A DNA stretch of 64,000 bases from Promethearchaeota archaeon (GTDB taxonomy: Archaea; Asgardarchaeota; Lokiarchaeia; Sigyniarchaeales; SOKP01): assembly GCA_048938895.1 (NCBI GenBank), contig JBHLLU010000012.1, positions 8,642 through 72,641 of the forward strand. Direction: 5' to 3'. Within the stretch, counting starts at the first letter, position 1. The number at the start of each line of letters is the position of its first letter. Positions 1 to 9,352 of this stretch are shown here, one piece after another. Both the position numbers and the translations under genes were made by a program. Under the pieces are notes generated by a model, which was given only the letters and a program-made list of their open reading frames with translations, was not told the DNA's origin and did no database searches.

Positions 1-109
1 GTTATTTTTTTAGTTCTAGGATGGGTATAACTAAGTATAGTAGTAATTAGTAGGAAAAATGAAAAAATTAAACTAGACATTACTTCAATATTCAAATTTA
101 ATGCCATTC

Positions 110-850
110 TTAAACCTCATCCTCACTGGTAACTAATTTCTTTTGAATATATAATCTTAATGTATCTAATATATCACTAATTCTCCCCTTAATATTTGGA
201 TTTATGATTATCTCTTTTTCTGAAGTTGGATGAACAACTAAAAGCTCAAATTCCAACAAATTATTAATTCGATAATAAACATCTTCTCTTTTTTCATTAA
301 TTTCTTTATAAATGTCTGGTCTAATAACACTATTTTGCTTATTTAACAAGTTGAATATTTTATAATTAATTTTATCTCTTAGCAGGAAATAGATTTCTCC
401 TGAATTTCCATCAATATTAATTGGTAGGAATACAGTATAATTTCCAACCTTAATCTTATGAATGTAATTAAATTTAAGTAACATTTCAAGATGCCAAACT
501 AATTGTCCTGAACTTCCCATTTCCTCTGGAAGAGCTGCTTTTCTTAAATCTGAAAAATGTACTCCAGGATTTAAAAAGATATAATCTAAAATTCTTTTTC
601 GAATTTGATTCGAAAGAACAGTCTCCTTCGAAAATTTTGAGCCTTCTATCAATAATTTTTTATTAATTAAAAATTGAATAATTGACAGTAACCCATTTCG
701 AGGCAATTTTAACCTTTTCTTTGCAATATTATATAAATTTTCAATATTTAAGACCTTATTTTTATTCATGATTTCTTCTGCTATTTCTAAAACTTTTTTG
801 ACATTTGGATGATCTTCTCCAATGGGTTTACTATATATTTCAGTTTTCAT
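110..850 (-). CDS. winged helix-turn-helix transcriptional regulator (tandem wHTH)
   Basis: RKRILDYIFLNPGVHFSDLR...GQLVWHLEML and a second wHTH-like unit (IFNLL...DVYYRINNLLEFELL), typical of archaeal ArsR-like tandem wHTH proteins. Confidence 0.7.
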   Translation of the reverse strand: MKTEIYSKPIGEDHPNVKKVLEIAEEIMNKNKVLNIENLYNIAKKRLKLPRNGLLSIIQFLINKKLLIEGSKFSKETVLSNQIRKRILDYIFLNPGVHFSDLRKAALPEEMGSSGQLVWHLEMLLKFNYIHKIKVGNYTVFLPINIDGNSGEIYFLLRDKINYKIFNLLNKQNSVIRPDIYKEINEKREDVYYRINNLLEFELLVVHPTSEKEIIINPNIKGRISDILDTLRLYIQKKLVTSEDEV

Positions 851-898
851 AACAGAATAAATTCTTATAATTATATGTCTATAAATCTCTAATTTTCC

Positions 899-1372
899 TC
901 ATTTAATCAATGAGTTTAATTCTCCTCTCAATTCACTATAAAGATCAATAAATTCTGAGAATGTTCTTTCTGGAGCCTTCAGAATTTCCATTTTTACTAA
1001 TTCCCTAATATTAGATTGAGTTAGACACTTGTTAAGAATTCTATAAAGCAAGTTTCTTAATAAATATAATTGTAATTTATCTTTTGCTAAAAAGAGCTTT
1101 AATATTTTATTAAATTTTTTATGAGAATTTAATAAAACTAATTTTTTATTATTTCTCTCAATTATTAATTGGTCATAAGTCGAAATAGTTGATTCTATTA
1201 ACTCTAAGGTACCATTTCGCTTGTCAAGTTGTTTATTTATGAACTTAACTTTAGAAAAATAGAAAATTGTTCTTATAACTGGAAGAAATAAATATGTAGG
1301 CAATTTGACAAAAATGAAATTAACTAATATGTTGTAAATCAGGGAGTTTTTATGCAAATTTCTTTCACACAA
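899..1372 (-). CDS. hypothetical protein
   Basis: 157-aa ORF with TTG start filling the gap between co-oriented genes; no motif recognised. Confidence 0.35.
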   Translation of the reverse strand: MCERNLHKNSLIYNILVNFIFVKLPTYLFLPVIRTIFYFSKVKFINKQLDKRNGTLELIESTISTYDQLIIERNNKKLVLLNSHKKFNKILKLFLAKDKLQLYLLRNLLYRILNKCLTQSNIRELVKMEILKAPERTFSEFIDLYSELRGELNSLIK

Positions 1373-1527
1373 TTAATAACTTTCTTCGCAATAAGTATAA
1401 TCAATCTACTCCTATAAAGGTATAAAGACCAATTTTCAACAAATTTAGAATAATAGATCTTAAAGAACATTCTGAAATTATATCAAATATCAAAAATAAA
1501 CAATTTAACTTACCTGAAAATTCGATT

Positions 1528-2493
1528 TTAAGATTCACGCTTTATCAAACATAAATAAAAACCAATTGAATCATGAAGATGAGGATATAATCGCTGAGAA
1601 TGCTTTAAATCTTCTCTAAGGTTCATCCCAAATACATTTGTTAAGCCACTAACACCATAGGTGTTAGATATTTTACAGATTTTAAAATTTCTTTCACTTT
1701 TTAAAACATCATTTACTACTATTTCATTTTCCTCTGGACCAATTGAACAAGTACTATAAAGCAGTTCTCCTTCTGATTTTAAAGCTTTTAATCCAGCTCT
1801 TAAGAGTTTTTTTTGAATAGATGCCATTCTTTCAAAATCTTTTAATTTTCGACTCTTCTTTCTATAAGGATCTTGTCTAATTAATCCCTCCCCGGTACAC
1901 GGGGCATCTAGAAGAACTTTTGAAGCTTTTTTATTTAACTCTGGTAATCTAATAGCATCCATGTTTAAAACAATAGAATTAATAACTCCCATTCTACGTA
2001 AATTCATTTCTAGAGCAGGTATCCTTTTTCTATTTCTGTCAATCAAAATAAGTGTTCCTTCATTCTTCATCAATTGGGCTAAATGTGTTGCTTTACTTCC
2101 AGGTGCTGCACACATATCAATTACAATGTCTTCTGCTTTTGGATCAAGAATAATAGCTGGAAGCATTGAGGCAATATTTTGAAGATAATAATAACCTTGA
2201 AGAAATTCATGGGTAGATCCTAGATTTATAGCTTCCTTCATAACTCTGAAAGCGTATGGGATAGATTCTACAGTTGAGAATTCAAAACCCTTTGTTTCTA
2301 ATCGTTTTTTTAATTCAAAAGTTTCAATTTTAAGAGTATTAACTCTGATGGAAGGGATTAATGGTTTCTCATTTGCTTTCAGTAACTCAATAGTTTCATT
2401 TATTCCTAAAAATTGAAAGTATCTTTCAATCATATATAATAAATATCCATATTCCTCAGCAAGACTTTGAGCTAATTCTTGATTTTGAGACAT
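1528..2493 (-). CDS. NOL1/NOP2/Sun-family RNA (cytosine-C5)-methyltransferase
   Basis: DMCAAPGSKATH, LLDAPCTG and LLYSTCS motifs. Confidence 0.93.
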   Translation of the reverse strand: MSQNQELAQSLAEEYGYLLYMIERYFQFLGINETIELLKANEKPLIPSIRVNTLKIETFELKKRLETKGFEFSTVESIPYAFRVMKEAINLGSTHEFLQGYYYLQNIASMLPAIILDPKAEDIVIDMCAAPGSKATHLAQLMKNEGTLILIDRNRKRIPALEMNLRRMGVINSIVLNMDAIRLPELNKKASKVLLDAPCTGEGLIRQDPYRKKSRKLKDFERMASIQKKLLRAGLKALKSEGELLYSTCSIGPEENEIVVNDVLKSERNFKICKISNTYGVSGLTNVFGMNLREDLKHSQRLYPHLHDSIGFYLCLIKRES

Positions 2494-2575
2494 CGGTTAT
2501 TTCTACACTTAACTATTAATACTTAATAAAAAATAATAAATTATAATTTTTATCAGTAGAGCATAGAACATAATT

Positions 2576-3187
2576 ATGATTGAAGTAGAAATAAAAGTAA
2601 GAATTCTAGATCCTGATATAATGAGAAAAAAATTTGAGGAAAGTCAAGGATCTTATAAAATTTCTCTGATACATGAGGATATGTACTATAATATGCCTAA
2701 AGGTTTGAGAGATTTTAAATCAACAGACGAAGCACTAAGACTTAGACAGTCAATTAGTTTTAATAAGAAGAATAGTCAGAAAGAAAAGAAAATCAAAAAC
2801 TATATAACCTATAAAGGACAAAAACTTGATAAAATATCTAAAACTCGTGAGGAAATCGATATTCAGATTGAAGATGTGTCAAAGATGAAAAAAATTCTAG
2901 GAGCTCTAGGCTTTCAAGAAGTATTAACAGTTAAGAAAGAGAGAGAATTATATGAGCTGAAATTTAAAGATTATAAAATTGAAGCATTAATTGATTATCT
3001 CCCGGTATTAAATCAACATTTTATCGAAGTTGAATATTTATCAGAAACTGAGGAAGAAATCGAAAGAGCCAGAAATCTATTATTCGATTTTTTAAGTATG
3101 TTAGGGATTCCAAAAAGCGATTCAATTACGAAATCTTATTTAGAATTAATTTTAGAAAAAAAAGAAATGGAAAAGAAATTGGTTTGA
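2576..3187 (+). CDS. cyaB: class IV adenylate cyclase / CYTH triphosphate tunnel metalloenzyme
   Basis: N-terminal EVEIK (ExExK), DEALRLR, TYKG, REEI, FIEVE and C-terminal SYLEL. Confidence 0.88.
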   Translation: MIEVEIKVRILDPDIMRKKFEESQGSYKISLIHEDMYYNMPKGLRDFKSTDEALRLRQSISFNKKNSQKEKKIKNYITYKGQKLDKISKTREEIDIQIEDVSKMKKILGALGFQEVLTVKKERELYELKFKDYKIEALIDYLPVLNQHFIEVEYLSETEEEIERARNLLFDFLSMLGIPKSDSITKSYLELILEKKEMEKKLV

Positions 3188-3245
3188 TTATAAATCATAG
3201 AAGATGCATTAAAAATAATTTGGAGTCCATTTTTTGAATTAAATT

Positions 3246-3266
3246 ACTCATCAATGTGAGTTTTTT
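3246..3266 (+). terminator. possible hairpin plus T-run terminator downstream of cyaB
   Basis: ACTCA-tcaatg-TGAGT followed by a T run, between convergent genes. Confidence 0.25.
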
Positions 3267-3381
3267 CATAGATTTGTTTCAAGGGTAGAAAGGTTGCGAA
3301 AAACTAAAATGGTTTTTCCTTTAAAGGTTCCTTTACAATTTCTTTTGCTGCCAGGTTATACAATAATAATTAAAATTTTTT

Positions 3382-3675
3382 TTATTTTTTCTTTAAATCT
3401 TTATATTCTCCATCAAGTATTTGTGCTAGATAGGCTCTTCCTTTTATAATCCACATGATTTTATGTCCCTCTCTTGCTTTTTTACCCCATTCTGATTTTT
3501 TGTTGCGATTTTGTTCAATAAATCTATAACCGAATAAATCAACGTATTTTATTCCACTAGAAAATTTATTTATAGGATATTCAATTCCATCAATCTCAAC
3601 AGATTTTTTTTTCTCAAATATAGCTTGGTAAATTTTCAAACCATTTTCTTCCAACTTTTCCATTCTCATTATCAC
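3382..3675 (-). CDS. small conserved-looking hypothetical protein
   Basis: 97-aa ORF directly downstream of the HD gene, with the motif FIEQNxxKKSEWGKKAREGHKIMW; true start may be the ATG at 3669. Confidence 0.65.
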   Translation of the reverse strand: MIMRMEKLEENGLKIYQAIFEKKKSVEIDGIEYPINKFSSGIKYVDLFGYRFIEQNRNKKSEWGKKAREGHKIMWIIKGRAYLAQILDGEYKDLKKK

Positions 3676-3676
3676 T

Positions 3677-5149
3677 CTATATAATTATTACCTCATGTGC
3701 TATTATATCTTCTTTCTTTTTTCTTTTATGTTTTTTCAAATCTTGAAGGTTAATAGTAGTCTTTGGGAAGGTTTCATTACTTTGTAATCTCCCAAATGTC
3801 TTTTTCTTTTCACTAGAGAAAAAATTAAAATCAAATTTCATAAGTTCTTTAGCTTGCTGATTTCTAAATTGCATAAACCAATTAAATTCATCTAATTGGA
3901 GCGAAATTTCATCTAATAAATTAATTTTCTTCAATTCAGTTGTAAAATACGTATCTCTTACTTGCATTGGAATAGGTCTACCCCATTCTTGGAGTTCATC
4001 AATAAACATCAGGAAAAATGCTAATGGTTGTTTATCAAAAACATAATCCTTAAGATTGGGTTTGAAATTATGTAGTGCTATCGCTTGAGCTACTTTGACA
4101 TATCCTTTAAGCTCATCATTTGTTTTAATTTCCTTTGGACTGCCAAGTCCTTTCAATAAAGATAAGGAAGCAATAATACCATGATCTAAACTAACTGAGC
4201 TCTTAAAATTATATTCTGGATGCCCTTCTGATTTTGCTAAAAATATTTGTAAATCTTGGACTGGATTTTTTTCAGTATAAATTCCTGCTCCTTTTCTAAT
4301 CAATTCTTTTGCTTCTTTAGATAAACCGTCTTCTATGATTTCCAAATATTCTTTTTGAGAACCATGCCAATTTAAATTTATTTCGAATGGTGTAAATTCA
4401 AGATCTAATGTAGGATAACATTTCAGTAATTGATTCACCAGAGAATAATTTATAGCTGTAGTCATTTTACCTAAAGGATACCCAATGTCATGAAGCAAGC
4501 CTATAATCCACCAGAATTTATCTTTTAATAACTTCCTGTCTAAATCGACAATCTCAGAAATCATCCCTTCCAAGGTACCTTGTCCAAAGTCTTGCTCTAA
4601 AAGGAAATCTCCTAAAACTGCTACACGGAGTGCATGTTCTGTATGATCTCTGTAATATTTTTTAACACTAGTACTATAAAGAAAAGCTTCAAGATCAGGT
4701 AATGCTCTTATAAGATATAACAAACCTTCCGAATCAATTCCTCTTTCTTTTGATACATCATAAAGTGTTGCTGATAAGTTTTTCTTTTTTCCAGTCAAAA
4801 AATCTAAATCTATCTGAAGATCTGTTTCAATTTCCTTTAAAGTAGATTCAATCTCCATTCTAATTGGTTCTTGAAGTTTATTCATCATCTTCCTCCCAAA
4901 ATTTGTCATTTTTTTACCAAAAACTCCAATCGCGCCTAATTCTTGATCTAGGGATGCTAATTCTTGATCTAAATTTTTAACTGAAGTCAAATTTTTGTTC
5001 TTTTTAAACTCTTCAATAGCTTCTGGAGGTGCTCCTTCTAGTGACTTTTCTACAGAATCTAAGATGTTACTAAGCCATTGACTAAAACTACTGCTTTGAG
5101 AAGAAATACGATTTAATATCCAATCATCATTAATTTGATAATCAGGCAT
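3677..5149 (-). CDS. HD-domain metal-dependent phosphohydrolase (HD-CE-like)
   Basis: YRDHTEHALRV...LLHDIGYP...DHG...AIALHN...FIDELQEWGR; helical N-terminal extension. Confidence 0.75.
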   Translation of the reverse strand: MPDYQINDDWILNRISSQSSSFSQWLSNILDSVEKSLEGAPPEAIEEFKKNKNLTSVKNLDQELASLDQELGAIGVFGKKMTNFGRKMMNKLQEPIRMEIESTLKEIETDLQIDLDFLTGKKKNLSATLYDVSKERGIDSEGLLYLIRALPDLEAFLYSTSVKKYYRDHTEHALRVAVLGDFLLEQDFGQGTLEGMISEIVDLDRKLLKDKFWWIIGLLHDIGYPLGKMTTAINYSLVNQLLKCYPTLDLEFTPFEINLNWHGSQKEYLEIIEDGLSKEAKELIRKGAGIYTEKNPVQDLQIFLAKSEGHPEYNFKSSVSLDHGIIASLSLLKGLGSPKEIKTNDELKGYVKVAQAIALHNFKPNLKDYVFDKQPLAFFLMFIDELQEWGRPIPMQVRDTYFTTELKKINLLDEISLQLDEFNWFMQFRNQQAKELMKFDFNFFSSEKKKTFGRLQSNETFPKTTINLQDLKKHKRKKKEDIIAHEVIII

Positions 5150-5372
5150 ACTATGATTATTCGAATTTATGAATTCTAAATTCTATTTTTAATAATTTTT
5201 ATAATAAAGATCTATAGAGAATTTAACCTTATTTTTATATAGTTAATAAAAGATAAGTCAAAATCAAAAATATTTCATATTATTTAGAATAGTATAATCA
5301 TATATACTCAATTTTAAATGGTTTAAACCCAGATAAATCCTAATAGAATAACCATTCGTTAAGGGATTCGGT

Positions 5373-6746
5373 ATGGTATACTTTGAAATTAATCAATTAG
5401 GATTTAATTGTGGAACTAGCAAATCTAACTGCCCACAGTACCCTAAATATTGTATGTCATGTCTTAAAAAAAAACTAAAGGAATTGGGATTTGAAATAGA
5501 CTCAAACTTAGAAGTTTTTGAATTAGATTCATACGAACGACATCTTCAGGTAGAACGAGAAATTATCTGGCAGAAATATGTGGACGTTCTAAATATTCGA
5601 CATATTATAATAATGGATAAAGAATCTGGATTAAAATTATTGAACTATTCCATTTCAGGAGCAGATATTGATGCAGATTTATTAACTGGTTTTATTCAGG
5701 CAAATATAACCTTTTCAGAGTCAGATACAGTTTCACCAAATGATACAGTGGTTATAAAAGATCACCAATTCTACGAATTTCAATATCAAAATTTTAATAT
5801 TCTTCTAAAAAATGGGGAATTTGTGAGAATATGCTTAATATTGGATCAAACTGCTTCAGACAACATACGGACTCATGTGGGAAGATTTTTAGTCGAATAT
5901 GAGGAGTTATTTCATAATGAAATCAGCAATTTTAAAAATTCGGGTATTTTTAATGTTGAAAATATGGTTGAGTATTTAATTGACAGCTTTAATGTTAAGT
6001 TAGTATTCCCTATGTCTTTAGCTCATAGTATTAATCCAAATGTACTAGAGAAAATAAATCAAAATCAAATCCAAAAAGCTGTACTAAATCTAGCTAAGGA
6101 ATTTCTTGGAAAAAAACCTTTTTTCTTTGTAAATAATCTACTCAACAGAGTTAAAGAAATTGTAAACATTGAAGCAAATGTCATCCTTTATGAGATACAC
6201 CAGCTTGTAGAAAGTAATGTTTTTGTTTCTACAAATCTTGAAACTGTTGCGAGTAATCTAGAAATGCAAGAAGAAATCATTTCTGAAAAAGTAGCTAAAT
6301 TTAAACCAATATCTTCGATTCTTTCAAGTAATTCTGGGATTGAAGATTTTGAGATTGATTTAGAAGATATGAGTATTTTAGCAGCAAGTAAAATGATAAA
6401 AGAATTTATAAATAAAGGTAAAAATGCTGAAAAAACTCTAGCTTATCAGGTAGCAGAAAAGGAATATAAAAAAGCTCATTATATCGCAAGGGAATTCAAT
6501 TTAAAAGATGAAATCAATAAAATATCTCAAATAGTTTTAAATCTTGAAAAAAAAGAGAAACAGTTGGAACTGGATTTTGCTCTTGAAGCAGGTGAAAATG
6601 CAGAGAAAAATGGGGATTATCTCAATAGTATTAATTATTATCAAAAAGCGTTAAAGATCTTAGAAAGTTTCTTAATTTTCAATATTTCTGATTCTAGAAT
6701 TAAAAAACTTAAAAAGAAAATAATAAGACTTCGTGAAGAAATTTAA
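5373..6746 (+). CDS. Asgard-type longin-like domain protein with Cys-rich N-terminus and C-terminal TPR-like helices
   Basis: HIIIMDKESGLKLL...DLLTGFIQANITFS...ILLKNGEFVRICLILD resembles a longin/PAS-like fold; AENAEKNGDYLNSINYYQKAL is TPR-like. Confidence 0.55.
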   Translation: MVYFEINQLGFNCGTSKSNCPQYPKYCMSCLKKKLKELGFEIDSNLEVFELDSYERHLQVEREIIWQKYVDVLNIRHIIIMDKESGLKLLNYSISGADIDADLLTGFIQANITFSESDTVSPNDTVVIKDHQFYEFQYQNFNILLKNGEFVRICLILDQTASDNIRTHVGRFLVEYEELFHNEISNFKNSGIFNVENMVEYLIDSFNVKLVFPMSLAHSINPNVLEKINQNQIQKAVLNLAKEFLGKKPFFFVNNLLNRVKEIVNIEANVILYEIHQLVESNVFVSTNLETVASNLEMQEEIISEKVAKFKPISSILSSNSGIEDFEIDLEDMSILAASKMIKEFINKGKNAEKTLAYQVAEKEYKKAHYIAREFNLKDEINKISQIVLNLEKKEKQLELDFALEAGENAEKNGDYLNSINYYQKALKILESFLIFNISDSRIKKLKKKIIRLREEI

Positions 6747-7885
6747 TAATTACCAATATCTTCTCTTACGATTTCATGATGACAAATAGTAATAGAACCA
6801 TTTGAAGGAGCAATCAATTTAACATTTTCTAAAACTTCGACATAAGATGATAAAATAATTAAATTTTGGTTATTCCCCGCTAATTTCACATTGTTTCCAA
6901 TTAAACAATTATCAGATATTATTCCCTTGTCTATAATTACATTTTTCGAAATATATACTTTGTCAAAAAGTAAAGTTTCCTTAATTTTTGAATCATCATC
7001 AATAAAAACATTATTCCCAATTATTACATTAGGACCGATCTCACAATTTTTTCCAATAACAACATCTTTTCCAATAGTTACGGGAGAATAGATCATTGCC
7101 TTACCATCTATATCTAGGCTTTTATCTATAATATTTTTCTCATTAATATTTGTATTTCCCAAAATATCCATCATCAGTTGGATATTTCCCTCTAATAGCT
7201 CTTCAGGTTTTCCAATATCTTTCCATATTCCTGTAATAGAGAAATTATACAGGTTTCCTTCTTCAGCAAGTTTAGGGAAAACTTCTCTCTCAATTGATAC
7301 TTTTTTGTGCGGTTTAATATATGAAAAAACTTCTGGTTCTAATAGGTAAACTCCCGCATTAATGGGCATTGGAACATATTTACCCTCGGGAGGTTGATAA
7401 TCATCCTTTTCAAGAAATTGATTTATCTGGTTAGATTTGTTATCCACAATCAGAACACCATATCTTGACGGATCCTCTACAACCTTGCTTGCAATTAGTC
7501 CAATACCCCCATAATTTGCATGGTTTTTAATCATTTGACGGAAATCAAAGTTTAAAACAACGTCCCCATTTAACATAAAAAAATTGTCATCCTTCAAATA
7601 ATCTTCCGCTAATTTTACTGCTCCAGCTGTTCCCATTGGAGCTCTTTCATCAGTATATTGGATATTTACACCAAAACTTTTACCATCCTTAAAATATTCT
7701 TTTAAAACTTCTGCCATAACACTTACAGCTAAAATAATATCCTTTACTCCCGCAGATCTCAATAGAATTATCTGTCTTTCAATCACGGGTTTATTGACAA
7801 TAGGGATTAAAGGCTTTGGAATGGTACACGTTAAAGGGCGTAAACGAGTTCCCCAACCACCAGAGATAATTATTCCTTTAGTCAT
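6743..7885 (-). CDS. NDP-sugar synthase (mannose-1-phosphate guanylyltransferase-like)
   Basis: GGWGTRLRPLT..PKP, MGTAGAV, LNGD, WKDIG and C-terminal hexapeptide repeats. Confidence 0.88.
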   Translation of the reverse strand: MTKGIIISGGWGTRLRPLTCTIPKPLIPIVNKPVIERQIILLRSAGVKDIILAVSVMAEVLKEYFKDGKSFGVNIQYTDERAPMGTAGAVKLAEDYLKDDNFFMLNGDVVLNFDFRQMIKNHANYGGIGLIASKVVEDPSRYGVLIVDNKSNQINQFLEKDDYQPPEGKYVPMPINAGVYLLEPEVFSYIKPHKKVSIEREVFPKLAEEGNLYNFSITGIWKDIGKPEELLEGNIQLMMDILGNTNINEKNIIDKSLDIDGKAMIYSPVTIGKDVVIGKNCEIGPNVIIGNNVFIDDDSKIKETLLFDKVYISKNVIIDKGIISDNCLIGNNVKLAGNNQNLIILSSYVEVLENVKLIAPSNGSITICHHEIVREDIGNY

Positions 7886-7979
7886 TTTCAGTAATTAAAA
7901 TAATATATTTTGGGATATTGAAATTTAATTTAATTAGAAATTAAAATCTATTTAAAATAATAATCTAGATAAATTAAAA

Positions 7980-9269
7980 TTAGTATTCAATTTGCTCAGA
8001 ACCTAACCTTATTTCTGCTTCTTTTTCTGCCTTTACAGTGAGTTTTTCTTCTTCTATGACAAATTTAATACTAGTAAAGAACCATGTTAAAACAAGACTA
8101 ACAAATTGTAAATACAAACTGAAAATAAAGAGAAGTACGATCCCAAAAACCTCTGCTAAGGGCCCAGAAATAAGCATTCCCAGAGGTGTCACGGCTGCAG
8201 CTATGCTAGCAATAAAAGAAAAAACTCTACCTTGAGCTTCTGATGGTACTTTTGTCTGGAATATTGTAAGAAACATAGTATTTGCTATAGGAATCATAGA
8301 AGCATGAATCATTGCACCGATACCAATCATCAGAAAATCGCCTTTAGGAGCAAAAGTAGTTAAAGAATATCCTACGATACCAATGATTACGGAATATAAG
8401 ATTATTAATTCTTTGTGCTTCCAGCCTTTTTTAATAAAAGCAATTAGAGCACCAATAACAATACCACCCTGTAAAAAGGCACTTACCAACGCAAATTCTT
8501 GTTCCGCACCAGAATGTTGAATTATATATAATGACATTAACGTAGTAAATGGCATATTTAACAAATTTATAACTGAAATAAAAATAATTAAAATTAGTAA
8601 ACTTCTGACTGATTTAAGAATACTAATACCACTTTTAAAATCCTTAAAAAAATTTCTTTTCTGTTTAGAATCTTTTTTTAGATTTATCCTCGGGATCCTA
8701 ATTAGTAATAATGGTATTATTGCTATAAAAAATGTAATTATATCTGCCCATAATATTTGTTCTATCTTGAAAAAAATCAAAAAAGTTCCTGCAACTATTG
8801 GACCAATAACACGTATAATTCCTGTGAAAAAGTAGTTAATTGCATTCATTCTGCTCAAATTTTTCTTGGGTATCATTAACGGAATTATCACATTAACAGT
8901 AGGAAAATGAATTGCTTGGCAAATTCCCCTAAAGAAATTCATGATCATTACAAGCCATACGTTTGCAATATCAAAAACAAAAAATAAAATAATAATAAAG
9001 GTTATGCTTGCTTGCAGCGAATCTGCTATTGCTATTGTTAGTTTTCTATTCCATCTATCTATAAAAACTCCTATGATAGGTGGGACTATAACCATTGGCA
9101 GTGAGCCTAAGAAAAAGGCAATTGATACCATAATTGGACTTTTTGTCCCTTCTGCAATCCACCAAACTATAACAAACTGTATAATAGAAGAACCCAACAA
9201 TGAAAATAACTGTCCTCCCCAAAAAAATAGATAACTCTGCTGGGTATGTTTGGTTGGACTTGACTCCAT
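7980..9269 (-). CDS. MFS transporter (MefA/DHA3-like)
   Basis: FWGGQLFSLLGS, GVFIDRWNRK and QGRVFS motifs; about 12 hydrophobic segments. Confidence 0.88.
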   Translation of the reverse strand: MESSPTKHTQQSYLFFWGGQLFSLLGSSIIQFVIVWWIAEGTKSPIMVSIAFFLGSLPMVIVPPIIGVFIDRWNRKLTIAIADSLQASITFIIILFFVFDIANVWLVMIMNFFRGICQAIHFPTVNVIIPLMIPKKNLSRMNAINYFFTGIIRVIGPIVAGTFLIFFKIEQILWADIITFFIAIIPLLLIRIPRINLKKDSKQKRNFFKDFKSGISILKSVRSLLILIIFISVINLLNMPFTTLMSLYIIQHSGAEQEFALVSAFLQGGIVIGALIAFIKKGWKHKELIILYSVIIGIVGYSLTTFAPKGDFLMIGIGAMIHASMIPIANTMFLTIFQTKVPSEAQGRVFSFIASIAAAVTPLGMLISGPLAEVFGIVLLFIFSLYLQFVSLVLTWFFTSIKFVIEEEKLTVKAEKEAEIRLGSEQIEY

Positions 9270-9352
9270 GAAAAATTAAATTATACATTCTTTCAAAAGT
9301 TTATGAATTCATTGAACCATGCGGGAAATATTATAAAAAAATAAAAAAAGTT

